A stretch of 64,000 bases of DNA from Fimicolochytrium jonesii (taxonomy: Eukaryota): NCBI RefSeq assembly GCF_025526975.1, contig NW_026515670.1, positions 620,001 to 684,000 on the forward strand, in the 5' to 3' direction. The translations under genes and the position numbers were made by a program. The notes beneath the pieces are model-generated. The model ran no database searches, had not been told where the DNA came from, and worked only from the letters and a program-made list of their open reading frames with translations. Shown here in pieces: positions 24,287 to 36,800 of this stretch. Positions within the stretch are counted from its first letter, which is position 1, and each line of letters starts with the position of its first letter.

Positions 24287-24322
24287 GCATGTGCATGTGC
24301 ATGTGCATGTGCATGTGCATGT
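24287..24322. repeat. Microsatellite (GCATGT)6
   Basis: Six perfect units, alternating purine/pyrimidine. Confidence 0.95.
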
Positions 24323-25453
24323 TGAAACCAACTGGCAACTTGCATATGGTCTTGGCTCGAAACGCGTCTCGGGCTCGCCCCCGGCGCGTTTCCCTTGCAG
24401 ATCCTCACTCAGGGGCCAGGGCTATATAACACGGCGATGACGCACCGTGTAACGAATTGACAGTGATGACAGTCGTATTCGACAGCGTGAAAGTCACTCC
24501 CGAGTCCCCGACACGGAGCTTCGAAAACGGGACAATTGCCCTCTCCTCTTCTCGAAGCGGACCCATGGTGTCGACGGAAGGCGGAAAGGCGTACGGCTCA
24601 ACACATTTGGAGGCGATAACATGCGCTCGTAAAAGTTCCCCACCATGCTAAACACATAAAGCGCTCTACGGATCACTACAACGTATGATTTGAGATGCGC
24701 AACGTCGTCTTACCGTTGGATGGGGGATTTGCGAACAACTATCTTGAACATCGAAGAAAATGGAAATCAATAGAGGGAATCGGTGTTTCTCTTATATCCC
24801 AGCAGAGGATGGACGGCGGACGAGTTGAAAAGTTTGCTGGGTCCCGCCAGAGTCGAAACCTAAGAATTGCTGCATTTTTTTTTGGCGAGCCGGCGTGAAG
24901 CGAAGCTCAGTCCAACGCCTATGAAGCCATTTTTGCTATGCACCAGGACTTTTGCTATGCACAAGTGGGATGTTTTACGCAGTAGCATAATAGAAGGATT
25001 TGAAGTGGGCATGGTCTCGGGTGCTTAGGTGATGACGACTCTCAGATCGGAAAAGTAAGGATCGGAAAGCCTTCGCAGCGAAACCGGTTAAAGTATCACC
25101 GCCAGAAAGAACTCAAAGACGCACTTCGACGGCTTGCAATAACAGTCTCCCCACCAAGATCGCCGGGAGGATATAATAAGGAATATTTATATTTATATGC
25201 GAAAGGGAAGCAAAAGTACTTTGCACAAATATAAAAGCGAACCACACGACGAGATCATGCTGGGATACTGGCACGACATACAGCCTCATATACAACAGGG
25301 CATTATGAACGAATCGAAAGACAGAAATACTTTGTGGTGAAACGATACGCGAGAGACGACAAATCTAGCTACGCCTTTGGATATCTTGCAAGGAAACGGC
25401 TTGAACGGGTGGCGGATGTCCTCGAGATGGGGTTGGCGGTCATGAAGGTGCGT

Positions 25454-27901
25454 CTACCAACCGCTGGCGTCCTCCGCGGGAGCTTCGGCATTGTCACCGC
25501 CGTCCCCGTCGCCGCCGGTAGCCCAACCGCCACCTTCGCCTTCGTCCCAGCCGCCTTCGCCGCCATCAGCGCCATTGGAACCGCCGGCAGCGGCGAAGTC
25601 GGGAACCTCGCCCTCCAAATCTTCCTCTTTGAGGTTATCCGGCCCTTCAGCTCCGTCACTGTATGCGAAGATGGTTGAGTAAGATCAGGGCTCAGTTGAG
25701 AGACTAACCCCGGACGAGCACGTGATATCACTGGTACGTACATTTCCATCTCCTCTATGTGGCGCTGGAGGAACTCAGGGATAGGTTGCCCGGCTTCTTT
25801 CAAGACCTTGACAAGGGCAGGTCCGAGTTCATCGTTCTTCTCGGGATTGAAGAAGCTCGTAGCGGTCCCGACGTTCCCGACACGAGCGGTTCGGCCAATT
25901 CTATGGATGTAGTCTGCCAGACGAAACACAAACCGGTTGAGGTCGTTGCGTACATAAATACCGTCTGGCGATCTTACTTACCATCAATATCTTTGGGCAT
26001 GTCGTAGTTGATGACTTGTACGATGTTGGGAATGCTGGAACGAACAGGCGTCAGTTGCTTGTCGAATGATTATCAATGTTCTATAATACCTACTCCCAGC
26101 CTCTAGCCGCGATATCCGTAGCGATCATCAGCGGGATCTTGTTAGCCCTAAAGGCCGAGATGGAGCTTTCACGCTCAGCCTGGGACCGTCCGCTGTGGAT
26201 GGAGGTGACCGGGAAGCCAAGTCGATAGAGGCTGTCGTCCAAAGTGTCCGCGGCGCGACAAGTGTTGACGAAGATGAGGGTCAATCCGACTTCCGACTCG
26301 AAGAGGATGTCGAGAAGCTTCGCCGTTTTCTCATTGTCTTGAAGTTCCAACACCTGCGGATGATCAACGTCCATTCAATCACCATTATCTGCTGCGTACG
26401 TACGCATAAGTACCTACCTCTTGCTTGATGTCGGTCGGAACGACTCCAACTTGACCAACAGTAATGAGAGCACAGTCTCCCAAAAGCTGGCCGGCGAAGG
26501 CTCGGACACTCTTCGGGAACGTGGCCGAAAACAAACAGACTCTCTTGGATTCATCTTGAGGCAAATCGAAGCCTTTGCAAATGCGCATCACATCTTCGGC
26601 GAAGCCCAGTTCAAACAACCTACAGATCAAGTACGTGTCGGGGAATATACGTGTTGGTGAAATAGGAAGATTCCCCAACGATGCTGAAATCGCAAGCAAC
26701 GCACCGGTCAGCTTCATCAATGACAAGGAACTTAATCTTGCGAAGGAGAATGACACCCCTGCAGAAGAATGTTGTTGAGTTCCAACGAAATGACTCGCGT
26801 TCATGTATTGATGCCGTTTACTTTTCGAGGAGATCAAGCAGCTTTCCCGGCGTTGCGATAAGAATGTCCGTTCCTTTTCTCATTTCGTCGATGAGGTTTC
26901 TTGTTCCAGCACCTCCGTAAATAACGGACGGCTTGACCCAGGTCAGATACCTGGGCGATGAAACAATCAGACGACATGCAGATTCCATCGCATTGCAGTA
27001 CAGCAGTACTTACGCGAACTTTCGAGCTTCATGATGGATCTGGGAAGCCAACTCACGAGTTGGGACGACGATCAGAGCCTGAGGCTCAACAGGCCCTGCA
27101 CCAGCTACAGAAAGGGTTATATTCGTGCCCATTGTGAAGGAGACAGCAATTTCGGCAAATAAGTACCACCAGCGCTGAAGAAGCTTTGCTTCTCTTCCCC
27201 GCCAGCGGCCTCAGCGTTCGCAACACTAGCTCTCGGATTGCCGCGCTCCAGCATCTTGATCATGATCGGCAGCATGTAAGCGCAAGTCTTTCCACTGCCA
27301 GTCTGGGCCGTTGCCATAACGTCACGTCCACTGAGGAGCACCGGGATCGCGGCGGCTTGAACAGGCGTAGGCTTGGAGTATCTCATGTGCGAAAGAATGT
27401 TCTCTCTAAGAGGTGTAGGGATATTCAATTGCTCGAACTATCGGGGAATGCAGGTGGGAAACAGGAAGAACGGTCAATATATGTCGATATGTCGATGATA
27501 TAAGTACCAGTTCTCACCGATTCCAGCTTATCGGGAATCTCCTCGCCAACAGTGGTGACATGCACCCCTCGGATATCCTCGAAATGCTCGCCGGCGTGCA
27601 CAATGTTATCGCGGTAGAGTCTGGTCTCAAGGTTCACATTGCGCACGCCTTCCTCCCAGCGCTCGGCATTCGCAAGCCATACAACATTCTCTGCGTCGGG
27701 GACGACAATTTCTTCCCTGACGCCGAACTTGTGCTTTCTTGTTTCCGCCGCAGGGGCTGTTTGAGCAGCGGCGTCCGCGCCGTTCGTAACATCGGTGCCC
27801 CAACCACCATCGCCGTCGTTCATGGGCACAGCATCGGAATTGACGTTATGCTTCTCGGTTCCGTTGGAGACGGGCTCAGCAGCATCCCAGCCGTCAGACA
27901 T
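25454..27901 (-). CDS. DEAD-box RNA helicase, Ded1/DDX3/Vasa subfamily, multi-exon
   Basis: Q motif [62 protein letters not shown]. The last exon is acidic/Gly-rich and ends EDASGW* (stop 25454-25456). Confidence 0.92.
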
Positions 27902-30894
27902 GCTTGCAGATACTTTCTGTCAGGTATGGAAGAAGAGAAAGCGACCGAGAATAAGTGGCTGGCCACTGTAACGTAGAGAAGGGTTACAGACACAAGACTG
28001 GCTGCGAACGGGTTCTGGGAAACGAGTGCACAGCGCTGTCGATCGTTGTGAACTAGCCCTGGGAAGGGAGTGCAGTAACCGTCGATCGCGGGAAAAAACG
28101 CTGGGAACCTACGGTCACCGCACAGCACCCACTCTGGGAATCGTCTTGCAAGAGGGGCTTCACCGACCAACGCTCACTCACCTCAGGGGTTGAACAAGAG
28201 AGAAAGAAGTTTCGAGGCACAGCTCAGATGCACAGTAAGCTTGCGACGTCTGAAGGAAGGAAGAAGGAAGTTTTGCGGGAATGAAGTTTTGAGCGAAAGG
28301 GAGTCTCAGGTTTCTGGGCGAGTCCGTGGGAAAATTGAGATTTGGGCAGCGAATAATCGACAGCCACGACTAGATCCGGCAGGGGACTGCGAGGGGACTG
28401 ACCGACTTCGAGAGCGGGTGCGACAGAACGAGAGAGTTCTACTTTCCACACGGGGGACTTGGGTCACAAGCGGGTCCAAGCCACACAAAGGGACGGGGGG
28501 AAGACTCCTCACTGACAGCTGCTGAGACAGTGGAGAGAGAGCACAGCAACCCACACAGAGCAATCTCAACCGTTTCCTTCCTGATGTTATGCAGCGAGAT
28601 CCAGATCTATACCTTATTTAGATTTCTCTTGTGTGGAGATCTGCTCAGGAGCTCGCTGGAGACCAGAGATACCAGGTCAATGGGAAAGCAAGTGCAGAGC
28701 TTGGAAAGCCGAAAAATTGACAGGGGGCTGTCGAAAAACATAAACCTGTCAATGGTCACGTGACCGCCCGTGTGCTACTCGAGCTCAGACTCGAGCTCAT
28801 CAGTTCCGTTCAGGTTCCGCTACGCCACTTCCAGCTGCAACACGCAGGTCTGATGCAGGTCTGGTGCAGGTTGTTTGTCCATTGCGAACCAAATCCCTTT
28901 CGGTCGTCTGGGTTGGGCCTGGGTTGGGCCGGGCACACTCGTAGTTGCGTGTCAAGACGGAGTTGTGGGAGGCAGACTGCGGGTTAGAAAGAATAGGAAC
29001 TAGCATTCTTTGGCCAGTTTGGAGTGATTTTCTGTTTTTGCGGGTCGGCTGTCCAAGGTCTCTCCTCTCAAAGTAACCTGTCGTGACCCAGCATCAGTTA
29101 CGTAGAAGCTTGCCGTACTGTATACTGCCAACGCAACATTCTCGAAAGATGGAAATGCGTCGACCTGCAAGCCGCGGTGACACTCTTTGCTGCACTCTCC
29201 TGCCCTCAGGGCTCATCGACTGGATTACCGTTCAGGTCTCCTGCAGCGAATCCCAACGGACGGACATTCCAAGGCTGAAGATTCATTTTATCGCCGCCAT
29301 CGACGGAGTTGTCAGTGAGCCTGGGACCTCATCAACGGTGACCAACCGGCAAAACGGAGGAACCGGACGCGTTGGGGTTTCGAAATTAGATTCTTGGCCG
29401 GCGCACGAAACAACGAACTCATACCGTAGTACTCATACCCGGACAATTAGGAGGTGCAGCTACTGCTAGGCAGTGCTAGCCAACATGGATCTACAAGATG
29501 TGCCTCCCTATGATGACATGCCTGTACAACCCCTGGGTGTATCGAGGAACGTTGTTGAAGATCAACTCCTCATCGATGCCAGCCATGATTTCTATCTGTA
29601 AGGTTCAGATATATTGCTTGCGGAGTCCTGCCCAAGGGCTGCAGGTTGGAAAATCATCGCACTGATTGACGCTGGGCTGACGCTTGACATCTACTCTACC
29701 CTTTCACTTTGGGCTGAGTCCATGCACCGAAAGCCCGTTGATCTTACTGTCTTTGATTTGATCTTGAGGAACACATTTGGCACTTGAACAACAGAAATAC
29801 GCTGCACGTCGCTTCGATTATACTGTTTGTCGTACTAAATTCATAAGTTGATGGGAAACATTATCAACTTGTTAATATCATCTAATCGATCGCTGACCAA
29901 AAGGCACAGTTTGTTATCCTGTCTGTGCAACATCGTACGTAGGGAATGGTCCCTAGACGGCCGTATCGATGTCCTTTGTAACGTGTAGGAATAGGATTCT
30001 CAACTCTGCATACTGGGTTAGGGGATTGAGCGAGAACGGAGGCAATTGCGACCTTCAAAGTCCACGATCACCCTTCCCATAGGCCTGTTGTCGTGACCTG
30101 TCATCACCTCCGGAAAAATGACAAGAGCTTGAGCGGACGTACCGTCGTGTCTGTGCAACCACCGATTGGTGTCGATAGTACGGAAGGCGGCGAGACGCCT
30201 CACTGGGTCCTGGGATAACTGAAAGTGACCGGAAGTTCGGCCGGGTTGAGCGAGTGGTGGGTGTCTGGGGGTTGGTTGGGTTGGGGTCACGGACGAGTGG
30301 CTTCCTATGGCCCCCAATGGCCGTATTGCAGGGCGTGTCCGAGTGGTGCGGGGCCGCGGCACGCCTGATGACACAGAGACGCGCGTCCAGGCGGGACTGA
30401 CTCGTCCTGCCATCCAGCCGATGGATTCAATTCAGGCGGATAACCGGACGGACGTTTCACCCATTTCTTTTTTTTTCTCCCTTCCTCCTCCCTCTTCACA
30501 AAACCTATCTTTTAACCAGCGATCTTATTATTCCACCATGATAGTTATCAGAGTAGATTATCAAGATAATCCCGTAGCTTCCATTCAACCTTCTGCTTTG
30601 GCGAACCCTTGCTCTGCGAGCTACAACGTCCCCTACGATGAATGATGACTGTCCGGTCTCCAGATCCAGTTCCCGTCGATCCTCCGACCATGTATTTATA
30701 CGAACCTCCCCAGTCCGGCTCCCTCCTCAGAAATTTCTTGGTCCAGAGTCTATTGCATCCACATCACAGCACTTGATTCATCTGCACATATCATTCATCA
30801 CTCATCGCTTGCTGTCTGTGGAAAACTCATCGCCCTTTCGCCTTCCGCGACCCACATCCTACACATCGCTGGATACCCATCACTTGTGGGCACG

Positions 30895-33800
30895 ATGATG
30901 TCCTTCGAGCCCATCACCGGCGGAAGCCAGCAAAGCAGGCCTTTAATCATCAAGCAAAATGGCACCGAAGCATCGATTCCCATCCCTCTTTCCATCTGGC
31001 CCATCGCCGAAGATGTGAAAGAAACATTTTTGGCCACCACAGTCGAAGCCGACATGTCCGAGCTGGAACTCACAACACGCATTCTCGATCTGGGGTTAGA
31101 GTCTGCCAATGCGGCACAGGTCGAATCGGAGGCCGCTAGCCGATTCTCTTTCGTCGCCGTCGTCTTCCGTCATCTGCAAACCCGTCTGCTCAAGGACAAC
31201 GACATCCACTCCGTCACTCGCGATTTGGACCCCGCTACTCGCTCGACTCTTATCCGCACCTATTATCTCGCCCTCGTGGCTCTGAAGCGTCAAGATCTTC
31301 TGTCTGTGACCCCCGACGATACCCCTCCATCTGCTCTCTTTGCCGCCGCCAAATCTGGCCGCGCTCACTTGCTTGCAGTCTTTGGTGGTCAAGGCAATGT
31401 TGAAGAATACTTTGACGAACTGGTGTCGCTGTTCACCACCTACGAGGCGTATGCTCGCCCTATGGTCTACCAAGGCGCTCTCACCCTCGCCCTTCACTCG
31501 TCTTCCACCGAGGCTCAGTCCAACTATTCATCTAAGATCGATGTCATGGAATGGCTCGAGAAGCCAGACACCCGACCCAGCACCGAACAGCTTCTTCGCA
31601 CAGATCTCAGTCTTCCATTGATCGGGCTGACTCAGCTCACCAACTACTACGTCACATTTAAAATTTTGGGCAAGACTCCCGGTCAACTTCGCGATCTCCT
31701 TGCGGGTAAGTGCTTCCGAATGTCGAAGATTCCATCTTATGTCAGATCAAACGGACTCACCATTCATCCCCGTTTTTAGGAACCACCGGGCACAGTCAAG
31801 GAATCGTTTCATCCGTCGTCATCTCAGCATCCGAGACTGAAAAAGAGTTTTTCGAAAACACACAAAAGGCGTTGGCTTTGCTCTACTGGCTTGGAGTCAG
31901 GTCTCAACGCGCTTGCCCTGTCATCACTCTCAACCCGAGGATCTTGCAGGACTCCTTGGCTCACCAAGAAGGTGTTCCAACCCCTATGTTGGCTGTGAAC
32001 GGTATGAGGAAGTTTTGCTGTATCGCTTCCCACCGTACCCTCACATTTTCTGTTTCCAATACCAGGTGTGCGATACTCCGAGGTTCAAAAGCATGCCGAT
32101 GCTACCAACTCCTTCCTCCCCGCTGATCGTCGCATCCAACTCTCGCTCATCAATGGATCCCGTTCCACTATCTTCACCGGTCCTTCTCAATCCTTGTACG
32201 GTCTCAATGTCTCCCTTCGCAAGCTGAAGGCTGAAGCCGGCCAAGACCAATCCCGCATCCCTCACTCGCAGCGCAAAGTCAAATTCCTCTCAAAGTTCCT
32301 CCCTGTCGCCGTCCCATTCCACAGCGAATACTTGAAGGGCGTTCCCCAAGCCCTGGCAAAGGACATCGAGGCCCATTCGTTGAACTTTGATGTCAAGAAG
32401 CTTCGCATACCCGTCTACCACACCAACACTGGCGAGGACTTGAGGAATGACGCCGACGTTACTGGATCCCTCGTTCGTCAAATCTGCCTAGAGCCCGTTC
32501 ACTGGGAGAAGGCTACCAGCAAAAAGGACATCACGCACATCCTCGATTTCGGTCCTGGTGGTGCGTCGGGCATTGGTATGCTGACTCACCGAAACATGGA
32601 GGGGACTGGTGTTCAGGTTATCTTGGCTGGAACACTCGACAATGTCCCTGTGGATCTGCTGAACCGTAGCTACGTGTTCGATCGTGACGTGCACTCGGTT
32701 CAGTTCGCTCCCAACTGGGCAGAGAAGGTTCGTCTCGCATGGCGCATCTTGCTTGATTTTTTAGAATTGCAACTTAACTCGACCATCCTTTCGATCTAGT
32801 ACCGCCCCAAACTCATTCGCATCGCCAGTACCAATGAAGTGCACGTCGACACACCCTTCAGTAGGCTGCTTGGAAAGGCGCCACTGATGGTCGCCGGTAT
32901 GACACCTTGCACGATGAACGAACAGTTCGTCTCGGCCATCATCAATGCTGGTTTCCACGTCGAACTTGCCGGCGGTGGTCAGCACACGGAACAGCATCTC
33001 CGCGACCGTGTGCAAAGCATCATCGAGCGCATCGCCCCCGGTGAAGGCATCACCCTTAACATCCTGTTCCTGAACCCTCGCCTGTGGGGGTTCCAATACC
33101 CCGCGGTGCAGGCGATGCGTCGTGAAGGAATCCCGATGGAAGGTGTTTGTGTCGCTGCCGGTGTTCCCTCGCCTGATGTCGCGGACGACGTCATCAAGAA
33201 CTTGAAGGCCGCTGGACTCAAGCACGTTGCCTTCAAGCCCGGAAGCGTCGAGACCATTCGCAGGGTCATCTCCATCGCAAAGAACAACCCGGACATGCCC
33301 ATTATCCTTCAGTGGACCGGCGGTCGTGGTGGAGGTCACCACTCCTACGAAGACTTCCATGCGCCCATGTTGGAGACCTACGGATCGATCCGTCGTCAGA
33401 GCAACCTGATCCTCGTCGTCGGAAGTGGATTCGGTGATGCCGAAGGCACCCTCCCCTACCTCACCGGAGAGTGGAGCACGCAGTTCGACTACCCTCCCAT
33501 GCCGTTCGACGGTCTCCTCTTCGGCTCTCGCGTCATGGTCGCCAAGGAGGCCATCACATCCCCCGAAGTCAAGCAGCTCATCGTAGACGCCCCCGGTATC
33601 ACCGACGAGTCTCAATGGGAGCGCACGTACAAGTCAGAGGTCGGCGGTATCATGACCGTGAAGTCCGAGCTTGGCGAGCCCATCCACAAGATTGCCAACC
33701 GCGGTATCCGTTTCTGGAAGGAGATGGACGATGACATCTTCAGCCTTCCCCGTGACAAGCGTCTACCTGTGCTACTGAAGAAAAAGGATTACATCATCAA

Positions 33801-36800
33801 ACGCCTGAACGAAGACTTCCAGAAGCCTTGGTTCGGTCGTAAAGCCGACGGCAGGGCGTGCGAGCTGCACGAGATGACCTACGAGGAAGTCTTGGACCGC
33901 ATGCTCGAGCTCCTTTACGTTAAGCACCAGTCCCGCTGGATCGACCCCACTCTGCGAGACACGTTCGCTGACTTTGTTCGCCGCGTTGAAGAGCGCTTTG
34001 TCACCGGACAAACCATCTCGCTTCTGCAATCGTACGATTCCCTTGACGAGGACCCGCAAGCATTCTTGGAAGGTTTCCTCGATGTTTACACCGGCGCCAA
34101 GGCTCAGACGCTTACGCAGGAAGATGTCTTTTACTTCCTCACCGTCTGCTCATATCCATGGCGCAAGCCCGTGACCTTCATCCCCGTATTCGACGACAAG
34201 TTCGAATTCTGGTTCAAGAAGGATTCGCTGTGGCAGTCGGAAGACGTCGATGCTATTGTCGACCGGGATGTTCAGCGTGTGGCGATCTTGCAAGGTCCTG
34301 TGGCCGTCCGTCACTGCACCAAGGTTGATCAACCCGTGAAGGAGGTGAGTTATGGGTTGTTTTCGCAAAGCGTCGATGGGAGTATTTGTTTACATATTTT
34401 CTTCTCTCGTAGATTCTGGGTGACATCTACAGCGCGCACATCGACGCCATTAAGAAGATCTACTACGGCGATAGCGACGCCGCCATCCCTACCGTCGAGT
34501 ACCTCGGTGCTCGTGTCATCAGTGGTGCATCCGACAGGCAATTGCAAGGAACGTCCATCACTTCTCTCCAGGAAGGCTCCATCATGTACGAGCTCACTCG
34601 TCAGCAATCGCAGCTCCCTTCACCGTCCGACTACCTAGACTTCATCGCCGGCCCTGACCACACATGGCTTCGTGCATTGCTGACCTCGGAAGCAATCGTT
34701 CAAGGAAAACTTCTTATTCCCAACCCGGTCATCAACTTCCTCCGACCTAGACCGGCTCAGACTGCGTTCGTGAAATACGATTCTCGGAAACAGCCTGCGC
34801 TTTTGACTGTGCACAACCGTGATGTGGACAAGGTCACCCCCGACCGTCACCCGGCACTGGTCATCACCGTCGAGGGTAGTACTATCAAAGTTACTCTTTA
34901 CCACAAGAAGGACAAGAAGTACGTTCCCTTAGAATTGATCTTCCGTTACATGCCGTGGCAAGGGCATCACCCTATCCATGAAGTCATGGAGGTATGGACT
35001 TTCTCCTATTGGCTGTTTCCATGGTTTTCCGTTGCTCACCTTCGTGCTAATTTCAGGGAAGGAACGACCGCATCAAAAAATTCTACGGTGCCTTGTGGGA
35101 TGTCAACGCCGCTGAATTCAACATGTCTCCGCGCGATACCTTCACATCCACCTTCAAGATCGAGTCTCGTCACGTCCTCGATTTCAACCAAATCGTCGGC
35201 AACAACGCCGAGCTCTTCAACATCGGCAATGCCAACCATACCGCTCCTATGGACTTTGCCATCGTCGCCGGATGGAAGTCGCTCGTCACCGCGATTCTGC
35301 CGAAGGAGATCGACGGTGATCTTCTCAAGCTTGTCCACCTTTCGAACGAGTTCAGGATGCTTACTTCTAACGACGCGCTGCAAGTCGGGGACGAGATCGA
35401 GACGAAGTCGGTCATCAACTCTGTCATGATCACCGACGCTGGCAAGGCGGTTGAGGTCAAGGCAACTCTGCTCAAGGCAGGAAAGCCCCTCATGGAGATA
35501 ATCAGCACTTTCTTGTACCGCGGCAAGTTCACCGACTACGAGAACACCTTCCGCCGTACCAGCGAACAACCCGTGCAAGTCGTTCTGGGTTCGACCAAGG
35601 ACATCGAGGTCCTTCAAGCCAAGCCTTGGTTCAGCCTGAAGGCAGAAGCGCCCGCGCTCAAGAAGGGTGCTGTATTGATCTTCCGTCTTGAGACAACGGC
35701 TCAGAACGCTGATGCTGCTAAGCTCGCCACCGTGAAGACATCTGGCACAGTCTCGCTCAAGACCACTCGTGAGGTGTTCGAAATCGGAACGGTTGATTAC
35801 GAAGCTACGAACGTGCATGGAAACGTCGTCCTCGAATACCTCAAGCGTCACGGTTCCTCCATCGAGCAACCCGTGTCTTTCGAGTCTGGTGGCTACTCCG
35901 TCCACCCCAACCCCAAGCTCTTCCCCGCCACGGTAACGGTGCCCTCGTCCAACGACCCCTATGCCGTCATCTCCGGTGATCTGAACCCCATTCACACCAA
36001 TGTCTTCTTCGCCGATCTGGCCAACCTTCCCGGCACCATCACACACGGCATGTGGACGAGCGCCAGCACCAGGAAGTTCATCGAGCAACACGCGGCAAAC
36101 AACCAACCTGAACGTGTGAAAGCCTACAAGGTCACCTTCCTCGACATGGTCCTCCCTGGGGATCAACTCGAGACTAAGCTCTACCACTTCGGTATGAGCA
36201 ACGGGAAGAAGCTCATCAAGGTTGTCACGTCCAACTCTCGTGGAGTGAAGGTTCTGGAGGGCACTGCAGAAGTCGATCAGCGTCGCACTGCCTATGTGTT
36301 CACTGGGCAGGGTTCTCAGGAAGTCGGCATGGGAATGGTAAGCATGGTCTGTGAATTTGCTCCCCCTTGATCGATGGCTCACTTTCGTGTTTAGGAACTC
36401 TACGGGTCCTCTGACGTCGCTCGTGAAATCTGGGATCGCGCGGATGCACACATGCTGAAAACCTACGGTCTCTCAATCCTGGAGATCGTGCGTGACAATC
36501 CATTGTCCAAGACGGTTCACTTCGGTGGCAAGATGGGAGCAGCAATCCGTCGCAACTACACCGCCATGACATACGATGTCATTCGCGACGGAAAGTTGAA
36601 GAGCTTGCCTCTCTTCCCCGGCATCACCGAGGATACCTTGTCGTTCACCTTCAGCCATCCTAGCGGGCTCCTCAGCGCCACTCAATTCACTCAACCTGCT
36701 TTGACGCTCATGGAAATTGCTTCCTTCCAAGACATGCGTGCTCATGGTCTTGTGCAACAGGATTGCCCGTTCGCTGGTCACAGGTTAGTCATTCTCCTCC

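Noticed and set aside
25369..25660. ORF-track C-terminus of the helicase (…RFLARYPKA)
   Set aside because: Reads through an intron; the spliced frame gives the acidic GW tail ending at 25454.
28000..30880. Possible gene in the 2.9-kb gap between the helicase and FAS
   Set aside because: Only short ORFs with no recognisable motifs; most likely divergent promoters and UTRs, though a degenerate gene near 29100-29790 cannot be excluded.
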